Positions 46,061 through 54,914 of a DNA stretch of 64,000 nt are shown piece after piece. The DNA is taken from assembly GCA_030428385.1 (NCBI GenBank), contig JAUIDY010000013.1, positions 5,583 to 69,582 of the forward strand. Reading direction: 5' to 3'. This DNA comes from Rhodothermia bacterium. GTDB lineage: Bacteria > Bacteroidota > Rhodothermia > Rhodothermales > JAAAOL01. The position numbers and the translations under genes were made by a program. A model generated the notes under the pieces. It ran no database searches. It was not told the origin of the DNA and saw only the letters and a program-made list of their open reading frames with translations. The stretch's first letter is position 1; each line of letters opens with the position of its first letter.

Positions 46061-46250
46061 TATTCGTTTTGCTATTCGTCAGCGTGGGAGCCACACAACT
46101 TCAAACGCGCTCCGCCAGCGCTGCGCTCAGACAGGAAGTTGCCATAAAAAGCGCTCCCTTCGCTCCGCGTACAAGACGCCGATTTTGCTAAGGCCGGAAT
46201 ACGTTGTCAGTTTCAAGACCCCGCTGCTCCGCCTGGGTTGCCCTCCCCCC

Positions 46251-47288
46251 TCAAAGCACGGAAAACAACGCCCGAAGGGATGCTTCTTCTAGCACCTTAC
46301 GCCCCCCTTCCTCCGACCATTTGATGAGCCGCATGCGGCCCTGGTCGATTTCGATGCCGGTGATATCGCCATCGGCGAAGCGGCAGCAGCCGGTGTTGAA
46401 ATAGCACGGGCTCGTTTTGATGGTGTCCTCGCACGGCGGATGTTCGCGGATGTGGTGATCCATTGCCGCCCGCAGGTCGGCAAGCTGGGCGTCGGTGGCC
46501 TCCGTCTGCGGCTGCGATGCCAGTTCCATCAGGCGGTGCATTAGCTTTTCGAGGTGCGTCCGCGAACTCCACACGGGGCGATGGGTGTGCCCGGCGATGA
46601 GGATCAACGGCGACCGTGGTTCTGAAGCATCGTTTTTTGACGCCTGCCGTGCCCATTCGTACATCAGCGTGTCGTGTTGGCCCCGCAGGCACGGTTGCTG
46701 CGCAGGTGTTTTCCCGAGCCGCAGCAACTTCTGCAACGCCGGATACACCCATCGCACAAAAAACCGCGACACCGGCACAATGAGATCACTGCCCAGCGTA
46801 CCCTGGTGTCCATGTGTGAGAAACAGCCGTCCCGTCGTATCGGCGTTCAGCGGCACATCGAACACCACCCCTTCGCATGCGGGCGGACCGGCGAAAAATG
46901 GCGACAGGTATTCGTCATGGATGGCGGTGTTGCTCCATTGCGCATCGTGGTTGCCAAACACCCGCAGCAGCCGGTTGGGATGAAACCGCGCCTCTGACTC
47001 AAACACATGGCGGTACGCCGCCACCACATCAGGCGGACGTGCCTCCCACAACTCATCGGCATCACCAAGCAGGATGAGCGAGAAATCGTTGACAAAGTAG
47101 TGGTTGAGGGCTTGCAAATACGTCGCCTCGCACGCCTGAAAGTCGTCGGCGGCGTCGCGGGTGCCTTTGTGGTGATCGGAGAAGATGACGAACCGTGCCG
47201 TGTCGTCCAGCACACGGCGGTGCTGTGCGGTCACCCGACGTAGCGCCAGATCCAGTTGATACGAAGCCCAGCGTTTTTTTAAGCCCAC
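46251..47288 (-). CDS. Calcineurin-like metallophosphoesterase
   Basis: Motifs FSDHH, LLGDADELW, GNHD, THGHQG and AGHTH. GTG 47288 is proposed as the start because the longer track ORF (to 47408) reads through the family-1 repeat. Confidence 0.78.
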   Translation of the reverse strand: MGLKKRWASYQLDLALRRVTAQHRRVLDDTARFVIFSDHHKGTRDAADDFQACEATYLQALNHYFVNDFSLILLGDADELWEARPPDVVAAYRHVFESEARFHPNRLLRVFGNHDAQWSNTAIHDEYLSPFFAGPPACEGVVFDVPLNADTTGRLFLTHGHQGTLGSDLIVPVSRFFVRWVYPALQKLLRLGKTPAQQPCLRGQHDTLMYEWARQASKNDASEPRSPLILIAGHTHRPVWSSRTHLEKLMHRLMELASQPQTEATDAQLADLRAAMDHHIREHPPCEDTIKTSPCYFNTGCCRFADGDITGIEIDQGRMRLIKWSEEGGRKVLEEASLRALFSVL

Positions 47289-47332
47289 GGTGGTCAGCGT
47301 TTGTCCCTGATGAACGTTTGTAAAGCTACGGG

Positions 47333-47400
47333 TTGAAACGTGAAACGTAAAACGTGAACTCGTTCTTTTACGTAGGCTGCATACATCGTCACGTTTCACG
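47333..47400. repeat. TGAAACG-heptad hairpin repeat (family 1), copy B
   Basis: TTGAAACGTGAAACGTAAAACGTGAACTCGT (47333..47363) plus the partner arm GTCACGTTTCACGG (47388..47401 region). Its 31 nt are identical to the reverse complement of 50179..50209. Confidence 0.85.
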
Positions 47401-47564
47401 GCTCCCACTCCTTCCCTCTCAGCTACCGAGGTTCTATATTCCTATTGGTCGAATGCCAAAATCGTACGGGATGGATACCGATTTCAAAAAAGTTCTGCAA
47501 CCTTTCCATCCCCCCGTCGCAGACAGATTTAATCGTCTGTTCGTTCACCTGACACCCCGGACTG

Positions 47565-48194
47565 ATGCCGTTCATCAACACGCTTTTTGAGCCTGCGCTC
47601 CTGGTGTTTACGGTGCCGGTGTTGCTGGCCCTTTTGTTCTGGCTGCTGGCGCTTGTGGGCATGTTCGACTTCGAAGCGTTCGACTTTGATCTGGACTTCG
47701 ACGCCGACGTAGATGTGGACGCAGACCTCGATGCCGACATGACGGGTGGAGCCGGGATGTTGCAGCTACTCGGGCTCGGCATGATCCCGTTTTCGCTGAT
47801 GTTTACGCTGCTGCTGTTCTTCTTCGGGACGAGCGGCATTGCGCTGCATACGCTCACGGGCGGCTCCAACTGGCTGTTTATCCCGCTAGCACTCGTCGTT
47901 GCCTTGACGATCAGCGCGGGCGCAGCGCGGCTGCTGCATCCGTTGTTTAAGGACTACGGAAAAGCAACAAGCGCGAACGAACTGGTTGGCAAGGTAGCCG
48001 TGCTCAAAAGCAACACGGTCTCGCCAAGCTTTGGCGTCGCGGTGGTCAAAATCAACGGCGTGCCGATTGACATCACCGTCCGCAGCGACACGGAAGACAA
48101 CGACCTCGCGTATGGCAGTCAGGTGCTCATCTACGACTACGATGCAGACCGTCGGTTGTACTTCGTGGCCGCCCACGATGAAAACGCGCTGTAA
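47565..48194 (+). CDS. YqiJ/NfeD-like inner-membrane protein
   Basis: 209 aa. TM helices flank an acidic DFDLDFDADVDVDADLDAD loop. The C-terminal beta-rich (OB-like) domain is VGKVAVLKS...VVKINGVPIDITV. It lies immediately upstream of the flotillin gene, as in yqiJK. Confidence 0.65.
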   Translation: MPFINTLFEPALLVFTVPVLLALLFWLLALVGMFDFEAFDFDLDFDADVDVDADLDADMTGGAGMLQLLGLGMIPFSLMFTLLLFFFGTSGIALHTLTGGSNWLFIPLALVVALTISAGAARLLHPLFKDYGKATSANELVGKVAVLKSNTVSPSFGVAVVKINGVPIDITVRSDTEDNDLAYGSQVLIYDYDADRRLYFVAAHDENAL

Positions 48195-48237
48195 TCACCC
48201 GTTCTAACGTTCACTAACCCGTATTTGGGAGGACATA

Positions 48238-50127
48238 ATGGAATTAACCTCTGGAATGATAATGGCCATAATCATAGTTGGGTCAATATTCCTAATCGTG
48301 GTGGTCACCTTCAGCATGATTAATCGGTTTCTGGTCAAGGCAGAGCCAGGAAATGCACTGGTAAAAACCGGCTTTGGTCAAAAGGAACCGGGCATTTACC
48401 TGTCTGCATCAGTGGTGGTCCCGCTCTTGCACCGCGTTGACACCATCGACCTAACCGTCAAAACGGTCCGAATCGCCCGACGTAAACAGGAAAGCCTCTC
48501 CTGCGCGGACGGGATACGGGCAGAGGTAGAAGTCGACTTCTATATCAAGATTAACCCGGTAGATGAAGACATCCGGCATGTCGCCTCCACCATTGGTTGC
48601 GACCGGGCCTCCGACATCGAGATCCTGCGCGAACTCTTCGAAGCCAAGTTTGCCGACGCCCTCAAAACCGCCGGTGCGAAGCTGCAATTCGACCAGCTAT
48701 ACAAGAACCGCAGTGAGTTTCGGAATGAAATCCTGAAAGCGCTGGGACAAGAAGAAAACCAGGACGTGGTGCTGAACGGCTACAAGCTGGACGACGTGGC
48801 GATTCAGTTCCTGGAGCAGTTGCCGCTTGAAGCACACAACGAAGACAACGTGCTCGACGCACGCGGGCGCAAAGAAATCGCCGAGCGGACCTCGGCCGAG
48901 GTGGAAGCCGCCAACAAACGCCTGCGTCAGAAAGAAGTAACCATCGCGGAGCAGGACCGGGGGGCGCGGCTGCGGCAGCTTGAAATCGCCCAGGACATCG
49001 CCGAGAAAGAAGCTTCGCAGAGCCGCGAGATTGCGGAGGCGCAGGCCCGCGAGCATGCCGCCACCGAAAAAACCGTCGCCGAGCAGGACCAACTCGCCGA
49101 AGAAGCCCGCATCGAAAAAGACCGTCAGATCCGCATCGCCGAGCAGTTGCGCGACGAAGCTGTGCAGGCCGCCGAGATCGAGAAAGAGCGCAAGGTGCGG
49201 CTGGCGCAAGAGCAGAAAGAGCAGGAAGTCCGCGCTGCCGAAATCGCCCGCCAACGCGCCATCGAGTTGGCCGACGAGCAGAAGCAGCAGGAAATCGAAA
49301 ACGCCCAGATTATGCGCGAGCGTGCCGTGAAGGTCGCCGAGCAGGACAAGATCAAGCAGGTCGAGATCGCCCGCATCGAGCGCGAAGCCGCCGAGGCCGA
49401 GGCGCTGAAAGCCAAGCTGAAGATGCTCGAAGAGACGGCGTTGCAGGAGGCCGAAAAGATTAAGGCCGAAGAGCAAGCGCAGACGGTGCGCGCCCTCGAA
49501 ATCGCCAACCGCCAGAAGCAGATCGAAACCATCGAAGCCGAAAAAGAGGCGGCGGTGGAGAAAGAGATGCGGCAGGTGGAAGCCGACGTGAAGGCCTACG
49601 AGATCAAGAAGGTCGCCCAAGCCAACCTCGATGCGTCCGAACTCGACGCCCAGGCCGCTGCCAAGCAGGCGCTCGCCATCGAAGAGGTGGGCCGCGCCGA
49701 AGCCGCTGCCAACCAGCTTAAGCTGGAAGCCGAAAACGTCATCAACGACCGCGTCATCCTCGCCCAGGCGTTACAGCAACTCATCCCGCTGCTCCCCGAA
49801 CTGACCGAGAAGCTGATGCTGCCTGCCGAGAAGATCGACAGCATCCGCATCCTCAACGTCGGCGGCCTGGAGCACTCCGGCAACGGCCTCTCGACGAACG
49901 GGACGTCCAACATGAGCGGCAGCATCGGCGGCTCGCTGATCAACACCGTGGTGAACGCCGGGATGTTCTTGCCCGTCATCAAAGAGGTCCTGCGTACGCT
50001 GCAAGGCAACGACGAATACAGCGACATCGTCCGCACGCTGCGCAAGCTCCCCGGCGGCGAAGCCCTGATCGCCTCCTTGCGCGACGACCCGCCGAGCCTC
50101 GGCGACGGCGCAACGCCGGACGCATAG
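48238..50127 (+). CDS. Flotillin-like SPFH/Band-7 protein (YqiK-like) with long Glu/Ala/Gln coiled coil
   Basis: N-terminal TM, then the SPFH region (NALVKTGFG...VVPLLHRVDTIDLTVKTV...), followed by about 250 aa of EA/AEQ-rich heptads. Confidence 0.85.
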   Translation: MELTSGMIMAIIIVGSIFLIVVVTFSMINRFLVKAEPGNALVKTGFGQKEPGIYLSASVVVPLLHRVDTIDLTVKTVRIARRKQESLSCADGIRAEVEVDFYIKINPVDEDIRHVASTIGCDRASDIEILRELFEAKFADALKTAGAKLQFDQLYKNRSEFRNEILKALGQEENQDVVLNGYKLDDVAIQFLEQLPLEAHNEDNVLDARGRKEIAERTSAEVEAANKRLRQKEVTIAEQDRGARLRQLEIAQDIAEKEASQSREIAEAQAREHAATEKTVAEQDQLAEEARIEKDRQIRIAEQLRDEAVQAAEIEKERKVRLAQEQKEQEVRAAEIARQRAIELADEQKQQEIENAQIMRERAVKVAEQDKIKQVEIARIEREAAEAEALKAKLKMLEETALQEAEKIKAEEQAQTVRALEIANRQKQIETIEAEKEAAVEKEMRQVEADVKAYEIKKVAQANLDASELDAQAAAKQALAIEEVGRAEAAANQLKLEAENVINDRVILAQALQQLIPLLPELTEKLMLPAEKIDSIRILNVGGLEHSGNGLSTNGTSNMSGSIGGSLINTVVNAGMFLPVIKEVLRTLQGNDEYSDIVRTLRKLPGGEALIASLRDDPPSLGDGATPDA

Positions 50128-50132
50128 GGATA

Positions 50133-50209
50133 AAGCGTGAAACGTAAAACGTGAGGGTGCCCGCCCCATCGTAAACAAACGAGTTCACGTTTTACGTTTC
50201 ACGTTTCAA
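50133..50209. repeat. TGAAACG-heptad hairpin repeat (family 1), copy C (complete palindrome)
   Basis: CGTGAAACGTAAAACGTGA (50136..50154) and TCACGTTTTACGTTTCACG (50185..50203) are perfect 19-nt reverse complements. The element starts 6 nt after the flotillin stop. Confidence 0.88.
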
Positions 50210-50249
50210 TACTTAGCACTTCGCTCACCCCAAGCAAAACGCTCGAACA

Positions 50250-50495
50250 ATGCCCTTCGCCTGGTACGACCTCGCTGGAACGGTCGGTGTAGTGCTCATC
50301 ATCGGCGCGTATGCAGCGCTGCAAATGGGCAAGCTGCAAAGCGAACACCGGCTGTATTCGCTGCTTAACGCGCTTGGGGCCAGCCTCGTGCTGCTATCAC
50401 TGGTGTTCGACTTTAACCTGTCTGCGTTTATCGTCGAGGCGTTTTGGGTGGTAATCAGCATTTATGGACTGGTAAAACGCCGCCCGTCCCCCTGA
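50250..50495 (+). CDS. Small integral membrane protein (81 aa, about 3 TM)
   Basis: Hydrophobic ORF MPFAWYDLAGTVGVVLIIGAYAALQ...; it resembles small CBU_0592-like membrane proteins (recalled from memory). Confidence 0.5.
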   Translation: MPFAWYDLAGTVGVVLIIGAYAALQMGKLQSEHRLYSLLNALGASLVLLSLVFDFNLSAFIVEAFWVVISIYGLVKRRPSP

Positions 50496-50501
50496 TCAAT
50501 C

Positions 50502-52865
50502 CTAAAACGCCTTCCGAATCCGCACAAAAAACACCCGCCCCGGCTCCGGAATCGGCGTGTCGGAAAACGGATCGCTGGCGTTGAGGTGGTTCACGTAGGT
50601 GGCATTGCCCAGGTTATCCACGCCCAGTTGCAGCGAAAGGCTGCGCGGCAACCGCATCCCATAGTGCAGGTCGGCAACAACATAGCCATCGGTGGCGATC
50701 TCGCCGCGCGTGGCGGCCACGCGATCTTGCTCGGACACAATCCGCACGTTGGTATCGATGAAAAACAGGTCGAACGGCGCGTTGATGCGCAGACCCAGGT
50801 CAACCGCCAACGGTGCCACCCCAAACGCAGGTTCATCAAGGGCGGTGTCTTCGCCCCAGAGATAGCTGCCACTGGTCCGAAACACCAGATACGGCCCGCC
50901 GATGCGTACCAACACGTCAGCCTCCACGCCATAAAACATCGCCTCGCCATTCACATAACGATACACCGTCGGAGGGCTCAGCGGCAGCAGCGGCGGGATG
51001 TCGGTGGCTTCGAGGGTGATGTAATCCTCCATCTGTCGAGCAAACGCGCTCAGCTTTATATCAACGCGCGGGTAGCTACCCTCGAGCCACACGTCGGCTT
51101 GCAGACTGCGTTCGGGATTAAGGAACGGATTGCCCTGAAACTCGGCGCTGGTCTGGGCTTTGCTGGCGGGGAAACGATCCGCGTAGCGTTCAAGCGCATC
51201 CGCTGTCCGCACCGCCGTGCCTACGCCTGCCGACGCCCGCCACCGCAATGATACGGGGTGCGACACCGACACCGCCGCGCTCACGTTGGATTCTGTGGTG
51301 CTCAGGTCATCCCGCGTAGCGCTGGCGTTGGTCAAAAACGCCTCGCTGATGCGGTTTTCGTCGATGCTGGCCGACACCCAATCGAGCCGGAGCGTTCCGG
51401 TCACGTCGGTCTGTCCGAAAGGCACCTCGCCGCTGGCAAACAACCCCGCATCGGTGATGACAGCATCGGGCCAGATTTCGTCGGTGGTGTAAAACGGCGG
51501 CACCACAGGGCCCGTCGGCGTATTCGCCTCAAACGGACGCGTGGCGTCGCGCCGGGCAGAATACACGTCGGCCCCTATCGTGAGCGCCACTGGCCCCGTG
51601 GGAGCCAGCGTGGCAGCCGCCCGTCCACCGAGGGTGGTGACCGACGCATCGACGCCGATGATGAGCGGCGGGCGCGGATTGCCATTCGGAAACGTTCCGG
51701 CTTCAGCCGTGGGCTTCTGGTTGTTGTGCATCGCGTGGTCGGTGTGATTCCAATACGCCAGCACATCCACGGTACGCACCAGCCCCACCGCCCGTGCGCC
51801 CTGGTACCGCGCCGACGCCTGCGTGGAGGTAAAAAAGCGGGCATCCAGCAACCGCCCCGGATAATCAATGTCGCGCTGATCCTGATACCCCGCCGACACC
51901 GTCAACTCCTGCGAGGGCGTAAACTGGTAGCTGAGGCGTCCGCGTATGTCGCCGGAGGCAAAGTCAGCAGGCACGTCGCCTCCTGATCGCAAGGTGGGCT
52001 GGTCGTCGCCCGCCTCGTAGTCGCTGCCCGACCGATACGCACCATTGATCCAGTAGGTCAGCTTGTCGGTCCGCCCTTCGGCAAACCCAGAAACCTCGGC
52101 CGCTTGGATGTTGGAGGCATAGCCCACCTGCACCGCGCCCTGCAATGCCTCGCCAATGGCCTGTTTGCCTTGTGTTTCGACACGGATCGCGCTCAAGTTG
52201 CCGGCGCCCCATGTGAGCGCATACGGCCCTTTTACAACCTCCAGACTCGCCAAGGCTGAGGGGTCGACATGGGATAGGGGCGAATCCATACGGAGCGGTC
52301 CCGCTGGGAAAACGCGCGCGCCGTCGATATATGTCCCCACCTCGGTTTCGGAAAGGCCCCGCACGTTCGGGTCGAGGCCGAGGCCACCACGCCGCGCCGC
52401 GCTGATGCCCGGCAACGCCCGCAAGAGTTGCCCAACGTCAGACGCATACGACTCGGTTAGTTGGCGTTCATTCAGCACGGAACGAGGCTGCATGTTGGGC
52501 GGCAAGGCGGTGACACGTACCTCGTCCAGTTGGATCTCTTCGGGTCGAAGCCGCAGGTTGAGTTCCGTGGTGGCCCCGGCGGTCACTGTCACCGCGCGTT
52601 CCTCCGAACGATAGCCCAAGGCGGTCACCAACACCAGATAAGGCTGGGGCGGCAGGTCTTCGATGGCATAGGTGCCATCGGCGTCGGTGGCGGCCCCAAA
52701 CAAGGTGCCCACCACCAACACGTTCACATTTGCCACCGGCGCCCCGCCCCGTGCAGCGACAATGGTTCCAGTGAGAGTTCCGGTATCTTGTCCTAAGGCA
52801 GGGAAGGCATACAGACAGGCCCATAGCACACCCAGCCACCGCATCCCACGTAGGTTGTCTTTCAT
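50502..52865 (-). CDS. TonB-dependent receptor with N-terminal carboxypeptidase-regulatory-like domain
   Basis: GTLTGTIVAARGGAPVANVNVLVVGT...DADGTYAI, plug DVGQLLRALPGISAARRGGLGLDPNVRGL, and barrel ending RVFFVRIRKAF. Confidence 0.85.
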   Translation of the reverse strand: MKDNLRGMRWLGVLWACLYAFPALGQDTGTLTGTIVAARGGAPVANVNVLVVGTLFGAATDADGTYAIEDLPPQPYLVLVTALGYRSEERAVTVTAGATTELNLRLRPEEIQLDEVRVTALPPNMQPRSVLNERQLTESYASDVGQLLRALPGISAARRGGLGLDPNVRGLSETEVGTYIDGARVFPAGPLRMDSPLSHVDPSALASLEVVKGPYALTWGAGNLSAIRVETQGKQAIGEALQGAVQVGYASNIQAAEVSGFAEGRTDKLTYWINGAYRSGSDYEAGDDQPTLRSGGDVPADFASGDIRGRLSYQFTPSQELTVSAGYQDQRDIDYPGRLLDARFFTSTQASARYQGARAVGLVRTVDVLAYWNHTDHAMHNNQKPTAEAGTFPNGNPRPPLIIGVDASVTTLGGRAAATLAPTGPVALTIGADVYSARRDATRPFEANTPTGPVVPPFYTTDEIWPDAVITDAGLFASGEVPFGQTDVTGTLRLDWVSASIDENRISEAFLTNASATRDDLSTTESNVSAAVSVSHPVSLRWRASAGVGTAVRTADALERYADRFPASKAQTSAEFQGNPFLNPERSLQADVWLEGSYPRVDIKLSAFARQMEDYITLEATDIPPLLPLSPPTVYRYVNGEAMFYGVEADVLVRIGGPYLVFRTSGSYLWGEDTALDEPAFGVAPLAVDLGLRINAPFDLFFIDTNVRIVSEQDRVAATRGEIATDGYVVADLHYGMRLPRSLSLQLGVDNLGNATYVNHLNASDPFSDTPIPEPGRVFFVRIRKAF

Positions 52866-53118
52866 AAAAAGTCTGTTTTTTCCAAAACTACGACGATTAC
52901 TCCTATACGCGACACCTGTTTTAAGAAGAACTCACTTCTCGTAGAACACACGAATATTGGATGTTAAAGGCTTACCTTCTGCATGCCGATGAAATTACCG
53001 CGCTATCTTGGCATCTTCCCGTCTGCTCGCGCACAATGGAGGGGTTGGGTGGTGGTGTTCATCTCTGACCATTTGTTTTCACTTCGATCAAATCCCGGCA
53101 TCGAATCGCGTCTTAGCC

Positions 53119-54369
53119 ATGTACCTCTGTTTTTTTGAAGATTCCCAAGTTCATCATCTCCTGCCCCTGGTCTACACCCGCGCGGTGTATGACCTTCGGC
53201 TCGGAATCCGCACGTTACTACAAACCACCCAGGATGCCCTCGGCAATCCACCAACGCTGCTTCATGCGCGTCCGCTGGTCGCTGCCGTGACCGCGGAGGA
53301 AAACGACCTGCTGGTTAATCGCATTCCTGAAGGATTGGATGTGCTGTTTGTCAACGGGCGCTATGTGGCAGAGCAGGGCGCATTGCTGGATCGATTGCAA
53401 CGGCTGGACGGCGAGCCAGGACGCGTGTGGATGCAAGGCAACGATGTGGTGGCAGCCTGGGTGCCCAACGCCGGAACACGGCTCGTCGAAGCCGAAACCC
53501 TCAGCCGTGCCACCTTTGAGGGCTTGCCCGAGGAAGCGGTGGATGGCGCTACGTTGATCGGGCGGCTATGGAATCTGGATGCCGTGGTGCAACAAGCGTT
53601 GGTGCGGGATTTTCACGCCCGTGTGACCTACAAAATCTACGAGCGCCCCGGCGCCGTGGTGTACGACGGTGTCCATCTACTCAACGGCGAAGACATTTTT
53701 ATTGCCCCCGGCGCTCGTGTCTATCCCGGCGCCATCCTCAATGCCGAAAACGGCCCCATCTACCTCGACGCCAACAGCATGGTGATGGAAAATGCCGTGG
53801 TGCGCGGTCCGGTGTACCTGGGCCCACACGCCCAGATTAAGGTGGCGGCGAATGTCGAATCCAGTGCCATCGGCCCGTGGAGCAAGGTAGGCGGTGAGAT
53901 GCACGAGAGCGTCATCCACTCATTCTCGAACAAGGCCCACACGGGCTACATCGGCAATTCGTACATCGGGCGCTGGTGCAACTTCGGCTCCGACTCCACC
54001 ACGTCGAACTTAAAAAACAACTACGGCCTCATCTCGCTGTACGACCCGGTTACGCACGCCTTCGAGGCCACAGGCAAGCAGTTTCTGGGCACCATCATGG
54101 GCGACCACTCGAAGGTGGGCATCAACACCATGCTCAACACGGGCTCCGTCGTTGGCGTCTCGGCCAACCTGTTCGGGGCCGACTTCCTGCCTCGCCATAT
54201 CCCGTCCTTCGCGTGGGGCAGCACCTTGGTGTTGGGCGAATTCCGCCTCGACAAAGCCCTGTCGGTCGCCGAAACCGTCATGGCGCGCCGCCAGCAAGCC
54301 CTTACGCCTGCCCTGCGTGAAAACCTAGAAGCCGTGTTCCAGCTAACTGCCGCCCAGCGTACGTTTTAA
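53119..54369 (+). CDS. Putative sugar nucleotidyltransferase with left-handed beta-helix (GlmU-like, TIGR03991-type)
   Basis: Hexapeptide-repeat region (IAPGARVYPGAILNAENGPIYLDANSMVMENAVVRGPVYLGPHAQI...IGNSYIGRWCNFGSDSTTSNLKNNYG). ATG 53119. Confidence 0.62.
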   Translation: MYLCFFEDSQVHHLLPLVYTRAVYDLRLGIRTLLQTTQDALGNPPTLLHARPLVAAVTAEENDLLVNRIPEGLDVLFVNGRYVAEQGALLDRLQRLDGEPGRVWMQGNDVVAAWVPNAGTRLVEAETLSRATFEGLPEEAVDGATLIGRLWNLDAVVQQALVRDFHARVTYKIYERPGAVVYDGVHLLNGEDIFIAPGARVYPGAILNAENGPIYLDANSMVMENAVVRGPVYLGPHAQIKVAANVESSAIGPWSKVGGEMHESVIHSFSNKAHTGYIGNSYIGRWCNFGSDSTTSNLKNNYGLISLYDPVTHAFEATGKQFLGTIMGDHSKVGINTMLNTGSVVGVSANLFGADFLPRHIPSFAWGSTLVLGEFRLDKALSVAETVMARRQQALTPALRENLEAVFQLTAAQRTF

Positions 54370-54374
54370 CCCCT

Positions 54375-54914
54375 TTACTCCCCTATCGCCTGTCCGTACG
54401 CCTTCACCTCCATCAGTTCGGTGTAGACGGCATCGCCCCAGTTGGAATGAATGAGGAGCTTGATCCAGCGGGCCTGCGCGGGCGGGCTGATGTCGAGCAA
54501 CGTGTGGGTCCCCTGCCCGATCTCTTCCTTCAGCACGCTGGTAAACCCTCGGGTGGCGCCCTGCGTGGAGACCAGCAGTTCCACCTGCCGCGCCGAGATA
54601 CCCGGATAGCCGCTTTCTTCGGCGTTGGTGTTATCAAATAACACCGCGTTTATTTCCGAGGGCGTTCCTAGTTCGAATACAAACTCATGGGGAAAGGGAG
54701 CCTCGTCAGCAGAGGCCCAGCCGTAGTCAGCGTCGCCATCAAGCAACAGTGCAGCGGCCCAGCTATCGCTGTATTCGCTTGAAAACGAAAGCACACGCGC
54801 CCCATTGTCGAGGTGCAGCAGGTCGTCGGGGGAGTCATCGACGCGCTCCCAAAACACGTACACGGTCACCAGCAAGGCAAGAAGCAACGCGGCAATGGCA
54901 CCCTTTTGCATCAA
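54375..54914 (-). CDS. Membrane-anchored galactose-binding/discoidin-like domain protein
   Basis: N-terminal TM AIAALLLALLVTVYVFW, then a domain with DGDADYGWAS...FVFELG...ARWIKLLIHSNWGD...EVKAYG, a typical F5/8 type C pattern. Confidence 0.6.
   Translation of the reverse strand: MMQKGAIAALLLALLVTVYVFWERVDDSPDDLLHLDNGARVLSFSSEYSDSWAAALLLDGDADYGWASADEAPFPHEFVFELGTPSEINAVLFDNTNAEESGYPGISARQVELLVSTQGATRGFTSVLKEEIGQGTHTLLDISPPAQARWIKLLIHSNWGDAVYTELMEVKAYGQAIGE

Noticed and set aside
49000-49700. Apparent periodic repetition (GCCGAG..., GAAATCGCC...) in the flotillin gene, considered as DNA-level tandem repeats.
   Set aside because: The periodicity is at the protein level (Glu/Ala/Gln/Arg coiled-coil heptads typical of flotillins). 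The nucleotide units are not identical.
52866-53118. 253-nt region upstream of the TonB-dependent receptor, examined for a cobalamin or TPP riboswitch.
   Set aside because: I could not find a B12-box-like or THI-box-like core, or the expected conserved GGGAA/GGTG...TCC arrangement. Only weak chance resemblances were present.
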